Shown: positions 16,696-20,790 of the stretch, piece by piece
How the letters are laid out: each line of letters starts with the position of its first letter
Position numbering within the stretch: position 1 is the stretch's first letter
DNA from: Sandaracinaceae bacterium
Lineage (GTDB): Bacteria; Myxococcota_A; Polyangia; Polyangiales; Sandaracinaceae
Reading direction: 5' to 3'
DNA length: 20,790 bases
Assembly: GCA_044220955.1 (NCBI GenBank)
Contig: JBGAQA010000110.1
Coordinates: 1 to 20,790, forward strand
Translations under genes and position numbers: made by a program
Notes under the pieces: generated by a model
The model's input: only the letters and a program-made list of their open reading frames with translations
Database searches by the model: none
What the model was told of the DNA's origin: nothing

Positions 16696-16732
16696 CTACC
16701 AGGTGGTAGACGTTCGTCATACCACTCGGTAG
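16696..16732. promoter_or_regulatory. Two TACC-N4-GGTA palindromes: putative TetR operators overlapping the promoter
   Basis: CTACC-aggt-GGTAG (16696-16709) and aTACC-actc-GGTAg (16719-16732). They overlap a putative -35 TAGACG (16707-16712) and, 17 nt later, -10 TAGAGA (16730-16735). Confidence 0.7.
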
Positions 16733-16742
16733 AGAGCGAAAC

Positions 16743-17378
16743 GTGGCCGCGGCGAAGGACAAGGACGTCGAGAAGGAGATCCTCACCGAGGCCACGCGGC
16801 TCTTCGCGGCGCGCGGGGTCGAGGCGACGTCGCTGCAGGAGGTCGCCGACGCGGTCGGGGTGAAGAAGCAGTCGCTCCTCTATCACTACGAGGGGAAGGA
16901 CGTGCTGCACCGCGCGGTGCTCGAGGCGCTGCTCTCGCGCTGGAACGAGACGCTGCCGCGCCTGCTGCGCGCCGCCGCCCGCGAGGACCGCTTCGACGCG
17001 ATCCTCGACGAGACGATCGGCTTCTTCGTCGAGGATCCCTCGCGCGCGCGGCTGCTCCTGCGCGAGGCGCTCGACCGGCCGGAGTCGATGCGGGCGCTGG
17101 TGGCCGAGTTCGTGAGCCCCTGGCTCGCGGTGCTCTCGGACAACATCAAGAAGGCGCAGCAGCACGGGACGATCCGCCCGGGCGTCGACCCCGAGGCGTA
17201 CGTCGTGATGGTGATCCACCTCGTGCTCGGCAACGTCGCGACGGCGGGCACCGTCTCGACCATCGCCGACAAGAGCCGCGGCACGAAGGTGCCCGACCGG
17301 ATCGTGCGCGAGATCAAGCGGATGGCGCGGGCGGCCCTGATGGCCGACCCGGCGAGCGAGCGCCGCGCGGCGGAATGA
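16743..17378 (+). CDS. TetR/AcrR family transcriptional regulator
   Basis: ILTEATRLFAARGVEATSLQEVADAVGVKKQSLLYHYEGKDVL HTH; C-terminal AQQHGTIRPGVDPE. Confidence 0.95.
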   Translation: MAAAKDKDVEKEILTEATRLFAARGVEATSLQEVADAVGVKKQSLLYHYEGKDVLHRAVLEALLSRWNETLPRLLRAAAREDRFDAILDETIGFFVEDPSRARLLLREALDRPESMRALVAEFVSPWLAVLSDNIKKAQQHGTIRPGVDPEAYVVMVIHLVLGNVATAGTVSTIADKSRGTKVPDRIVREIKRMARAALMADPASERRAAE

Positions 17379-17398
17379 GCGGACCAAGGAGAGCGGAC

Positions 17399-19330
17399 AT
17401 GGCGAGCTTCCTCAAGGACAACCAAGACCTCCTCTACTACTTCGACAAGGGCCTCGACTGGGAGACGCTCGTGGAGGCGACCGAGCGCGGGGGCCTGGCC
17501 GCGAGCGGGTACAAGTCCACGGCCGAGGCCGTCGCGTTCTTCCGCGAGATCGCCGAGACGGTCGGCGAATTCGTCGCGACCGAGATCGCCCCGCACACGG
17601 CGGAGATCGATCGCGGCGGGGTGATCTTCGAGAGCGGCGAGGCGCGGTTCCCGGCGCGCGCGCAGGCGATCTTCGACCAGATCAAGCAGCTCGAGCTCCA
17701 CGGGCTCTGCGTGCCGCGCGAGCTCGGCGGGCTGAACGCGCCCATGGCGCTCTACTACCTGGTGAGCGAGATGTTCGGCCGCGCCGACGTCTCGATCATG
17801 GCGCACCACGGCTTCCACGGCGGCATGGCGGCCGCGGCGCTGATGTTCTCGGCGCGCGAGGGCACGACGAAGTTCGACCCGAAGACGGGCGCGATCACCG
17901 AGACGCGCTTCCGGCAGATGATCGACGAGATCGTCAAGGGCCAGAGCTGGGGATGCATGGACATCACCGAGCCCGACGCGGGGAGCGACATGGCGCGCCT
18001 GCGCGCGGTCGGCGAAGAGGACGAGCAGGGCAACTGGTTCGTCACCGGCCAGAAGATCTTCATCACGAGCGGCCACGGGAAGTGGCACTTCGTCATCGCG
18101 CGGACCGAGAAGGTGGCGGACCCGGAGGATCCGATGTCGGGCCTGAAGGGCCTCTCGATGTTCCTCGTCCCGACGTACGAGGATCTGCCGGGCGGCAAGC
18201 GTCGGCGCATCGTCGCGCTCGAGCGCGTCGAAGAGAAGCTCGGGCACCACGCGTCGGTCACCGCCGCGCTCGCCTTCGAGCGCGCGCCCGCGCAGCTGAT
18301 CGGCAAGCGAGGCGAGGGCTTCGACTACATGCTGCTCCTGATGAACGGCGCGCGCGTCGGCGTCGGCTTCGAGTGCCTCGGCCTCTGCGAGGCGGCGATC
18401 CGCATCGCGACCGACTACGCCGCGCAGCGCAAGTCGATGGGCAAGACGATCGACAAGCACGAGATGATCGCCGACTACCTCGACGAGATGCGCACCGACG
18501 CGCAGGCGCTGCGCGCGCTCTGCGTGCACGGCACCTACCACGAGGAGCTCGCCCAGAAGCTCGCGATGCGCCTGCGCCACGGCGAGCTCGGCGCCGACGA
18601 GAAGAAGGCGCTCGAGAAGAGGATCGGCAAGCACAAGCGCGCCGCGCGCCGCGTGACGCCGCTTCTCAAGTACTTCGGCGCGGAGAAGGCCGTCGAGATG
18701 GCACGACGCGCGATCCAGATCCACGGTGGCGTCGGCTACACCAAGGAGTACGGCGCGGAGAAGCTGCTCCGCGACGCGATGGTGATGCCGATCTACGAGG
18801 GCACCAGCCAGATCCAGTCGCTCATGGCGATGAAGGACACGCTCGGGGCGATCATGGGCAAGCCGCAGGCGTTCCTCCGCCGCGGCGCACAGGCACGCTG
18901 GCGCGCGATGAGCGCGCGCGACCCGCTCGAAAGGCGCCTCGCCAAGCTGCAGGCGACCTCGCACGCGGCGCAGCAGCACCTGGTGCTCCGCACGGCCGGC
19001 GACAAGTTCCGCTCCGTGCAGGACCACCCGCTCACGGAGTGGCCCGAGCGCTTCAGCAAGAACTGGAACCCGAAGCGCGATTTCGCCTTCGCGATGCTGC
19101 ACGCGGAGCGCTTGACGCGGATCCTGATCGACGAGGCCGTCGCGGAGATCCTCGCTGGCCAGGCGCAGCAGCACCCCGAGCGGCGCGAAGTGCTCGAGCG
19201 CTGGCTCGAGCGGGCCGAGCCGCGCTCGCGCTTCCTCCTCGACGAGATCACCAGCACCGGCGACCGGCTGCTCCACGCGCTGCACCCGGACCACGCGCCT
19301 CCGGGCGAGCGCCGCGAGGCTGCCGAGTAG
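17399..19330 (+). CDS. Acyl-CoA dehydrogenase family protein (long form, 643 aa)
   Basis: PRELGG, MDITEPDAGSD, GQKIFITSG, KGLSMFLVP, EEKLGHHAS, MNGARVGVG, YAAQRKSMGK, AIQIHGGVGY, IYEGTSQIQ (catalytic Glu). SD AAGGAG upstream of ATG 17399. Confidence 0.95.
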   Translation: MASFLKDNQDLLYYFDKGLDWETLVEATERGGLAASGYKSTAEAVAFFREIAETVGEFVATEIAPHTAEIDRGGVIFESGEARFPARAQAIFDQIKQLELHGLCVPRELGGLNAPMALYYLVSEMFGRADVSIMAHHGFHGGMAAAALMFSAREGTTKFDPKTGAITETRFRQMIDEIVKGQSWGCMDITEPDAGSDMARLRAVGEEDEQGNWFVTGQKIFITSGHGKWHFVIARTEKVADPEDPMSGLKGLSMFLVPTYEDLPGGKRRRIVALERVEEKLGHHASVTAALAFERAPAQLIGKRGEGFDYMLLLMNGARVGVGFECLGLCEAAIRIATDYAAQRKSMGKTIDKHEMIADYLDEMRTDAQALRALCVHGTYHEELAQKLAMRLRHGELGADEKKALEKRIGKHKRAARRVTPLLKYFGAEKAVEMARRAIQIHGGVGYTKEYGAEKLLRDAMVMPIYEGTSQIQSLMAMKDTLGAIMGKPQAFLRRGAQARWRAMSARDPLERRLAKLQATSHAAQQHLVLRTAGDKFRSVQDHPLTEWPERFSKNWNPKRDFAFAMLHAERLTRILIDEAVAEILAGQAQQHPERREVLERWLERAEPRSRFLLDEITSTGDRLLHALHPDHAPPGERREAAE

Positions 19331-19394
19331 CGAGCGCGCCCGCCCCGCGCAGGGCGCTTGAGCGTGCCGCGATCCGAGCCATCATCGGGCCCCC

Positions 19395-19760
19395 ATGGCG
19401 ATCCCGGTCTCGAACCCGCCTCCGCCCTACGAGCCAGCGCCGCCGCCGCGCCGCGATCGCGACGAGCCGGCGCTGCCGCCCGGGCCGCCGTTCCGCGGGA
19501 GCACGGGCGGGCCGGGTGGCCTCGATCCACGCATGCGCGGCTGCATGATCGCGCTCGGAGTCGCCGCTGCCCTCGCGTGTATCGGCAGCGTCGGCATCGC
19601 CATCGGCTGCCGCGGCTGCATGCAGATGGGCGAGGCCCAGGCGACGCGCCAGATCGCGGCCGGCTACCGCGCCGCCACGAGCGGCTCGCCCACCGAGACG
19701 GGCGACCTCGCCGATCTGCGCGCGCTGGAGCAGCTCGGCGACGCGGGGTCGATCTCGATC
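19395..19760 (+). CDS. N-terminal part of a Pro-rich, single-TM hypothetical protein; natural 3' end apparently lost at a chimeric junction
   Basis: MAIPVSNPPPPYEPAPPP...GCMIALGVAAALACIGSVGIAIGCRGC. After GDAGSIS the sequence switches to an unrelated family. Confidence 0.55.
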
Positions 19761-19964
19761 GTGCCGCCCCTGACCGACGACGAGCTCGCGGCCGGCACGG
19801 TCCAGGTGCAGGCGAACGCGGACCGGATGCGGGACCTGCTCACGGTGGACTGCGCGGGCGGCGAGTGGGACTTCCCGATCCCGATGGAGCCCGGGCAGGA
19901 GTCGCCCATCAAGCGGGTCGTCCTGGTCGTGCGCGAGAACAAGACGTACGACGCGCAGCTCGGG
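19746..19964 (+). other. Internal fragment of a YncE/YVTN beta-propeller + phosphoesterase (alkaline phosphatase superfamily) protein
   Basis: GSISIVP...LAAGTVQVQAN...PIPMEPGQESPIKRVVLVVRENKTYDAQLG resembles the SPIKHVxxxxxENRTYDxxLG motif at the start of that phosphoesterase domain, but stops immediately after it. Confidence 0.65.
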
Positions 19965-20009
19965 GCGCTGCGCGTGCTGCTCGACCAGGAGCTGGCCGAC
20001 TTCAACCGC

Positions 20010-20564
20010 CTCGTGCGCGAGCGCGATGGGCTCCTTCTTCGCCGCGTCCACGTCCTCCGCCGACGCGAAGCCCTTCTGCGCCATCTGATCGAGAACGAAC
20101 GTCCGCCGCTGGAGCGCGCGCGCCATGCTCACGCGCGGTGAATACACGCTCGGCCCCTTCACGATCCCCGCGAGCGCCGCGGCCTCGGCGAGCTTGAGAT
20201 CGCCCACGCTCTTGCCGAAGTAGTACCGGCTCGCCTCCTCGACGCCGTAGCGCCCGTGCCCGAAGTAGATGTGGTTCAGGTAGAGCTCGAGGATCTCGTC
20301 CTTTGTCAGCGCCTGTTCGATCCGGCGCGCGAGGATGACCTCCTTCGCCTTCCGCGAGAACGTCCGCTCCGGCGTGAGCAGCACGTTCTTCACCACCTGC
20401 TGCGTGATCGTGCTGCCGCCCTGGAGCGACCCCGGGCGCGTCACGTTGTGCGCGAGCGCGCGCAGCATCCCCAGGTAGTTGAGCCCGTCGTGCTGGTAGA
20501 AGTGCGCGTCCTCGGCGGCGAGCACCGCCTTCTTCATCACGTCCGGCACCGCCGCGATCGACAG
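20010..20564 (-). other. Internal fragment of class A penicillin-binding protein (GT51 transglycosylase domain)
   Basis: AAEDAHFYQHDG, QGGSTITQQVVKN, RKAKE, KDEILELYLNHIYFG, YGVEEASRYYFGK, EAAALAG. Lacks N-terminal TM and the transpeptidase domain. Confidence 0.9.
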
Positions 20565-20790
20565 CAGCCGCGTGATCAACCGGACCAGTCTGCCATTTGC
20601 CGGCAATGTGACGCTGACATTCGACGGCGCCACCAACAGCTTCAGCGCCAGCGGCGGCATCACCGCCGGCCCGTTCCCCTACGCCGCCGGCCAGCCATTT
20701 ACCGTCGGCGGCGTCGAGTTGACGCTCACCGGCACCCCGGCCAACGGCGATACCTTCACGCTCGGCAACAATCCGACCGGACGCAATGAC
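20542..20790 (+). other. flgK: Internal fragment resembling flagellar hook-associated protein FlgK (beta/gamma-proteobacterial type); runs off the window end
   Basis: Frame +1 (not in ORF track): SGTAAIDSSRVINRTSLPFAGNVTLTFDGATNSFSASGGITAGPFPYAAGQPFTVGGVELTLTGTPANGDTFTLGNNPTGRND, similar to the FlgK PY..G......G....L.G.PA.GDTF....N..G..D(N) segment. Lower GC and different codon use than the rest of the window. Confidence 0.6.

Noticed and set aside
12289..19548. Long alternative-frame and antisense ORFs (e.g. 12330..16709 +, 12289..14673 -, 14731..16581 -, 16886..19294 -, 17953..19548 +)
   Set aside because: Arg/Ala/Gly/Pro-rich shadows expected from stop-codon scarcity in high-GC DNA; they overlap well-supported genes and carry no family motifs.
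19248..20663. 471-aa minus-strand ORF and 248-aa plus-strand ORF (19395..20141) as novel fusion proteins
   Set aside because: Composed of truncated fragments of unrelated families plus antisense shadow; best explained as chimeric joins.

Overview
High-GC (roughly 70-75% by eye) bacterial chromosome segment. Gene content suggests Myxococcota, probably Polyangia/Sandaracinaceae-like (inference from a Hanks kinase, a zinc-ribbon/TPR membrane protein, a CehA/McbA-type PHP lipoprotein and a LeuA-like 'LIYDWN' protein). Order from the left: frameshifted membrane protein (5' truncated); overlapping small ORF + minimal nucleotidyltransferase (TA-like pair); Ser/Thr kinase; stand-alone LeuA-family synthase; small ExbB/TolQ-like membrane protein. 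A minus-strand run follows (transcription order zapA, 5-formyl-THF cyclo-ligase, GT2 glycosyltransferase, PHP metallohydrolase lipoprotein, shikimate-kinase-like ATPase, DMT transporter, PPK2). Then come a 1421-aa zinc-ribbon/DLPAPR-repeat/TM/TPR protein and TetR + acyl-CoA dehydrogenase with tandem palindromic operators. The last ~1 kb (from ~19745) is a mosaic of unrelated gene fragments (phosphoesterase-like, PBP1A transglycosylase, FlgK-like) and is probably a chimeric assembly. The most novel signals are a 67-nt strand-asymmetric hairpin built from three GGA/GGA loops and a GCA triloop (6593-6659), the unannotated small-ORF/NTase module, repeated leaderless-promoter signatures, and the absence of 6S RNA between zapA and ygfA. 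No CRISPR, rRNA, tRNA or transposase was seen.
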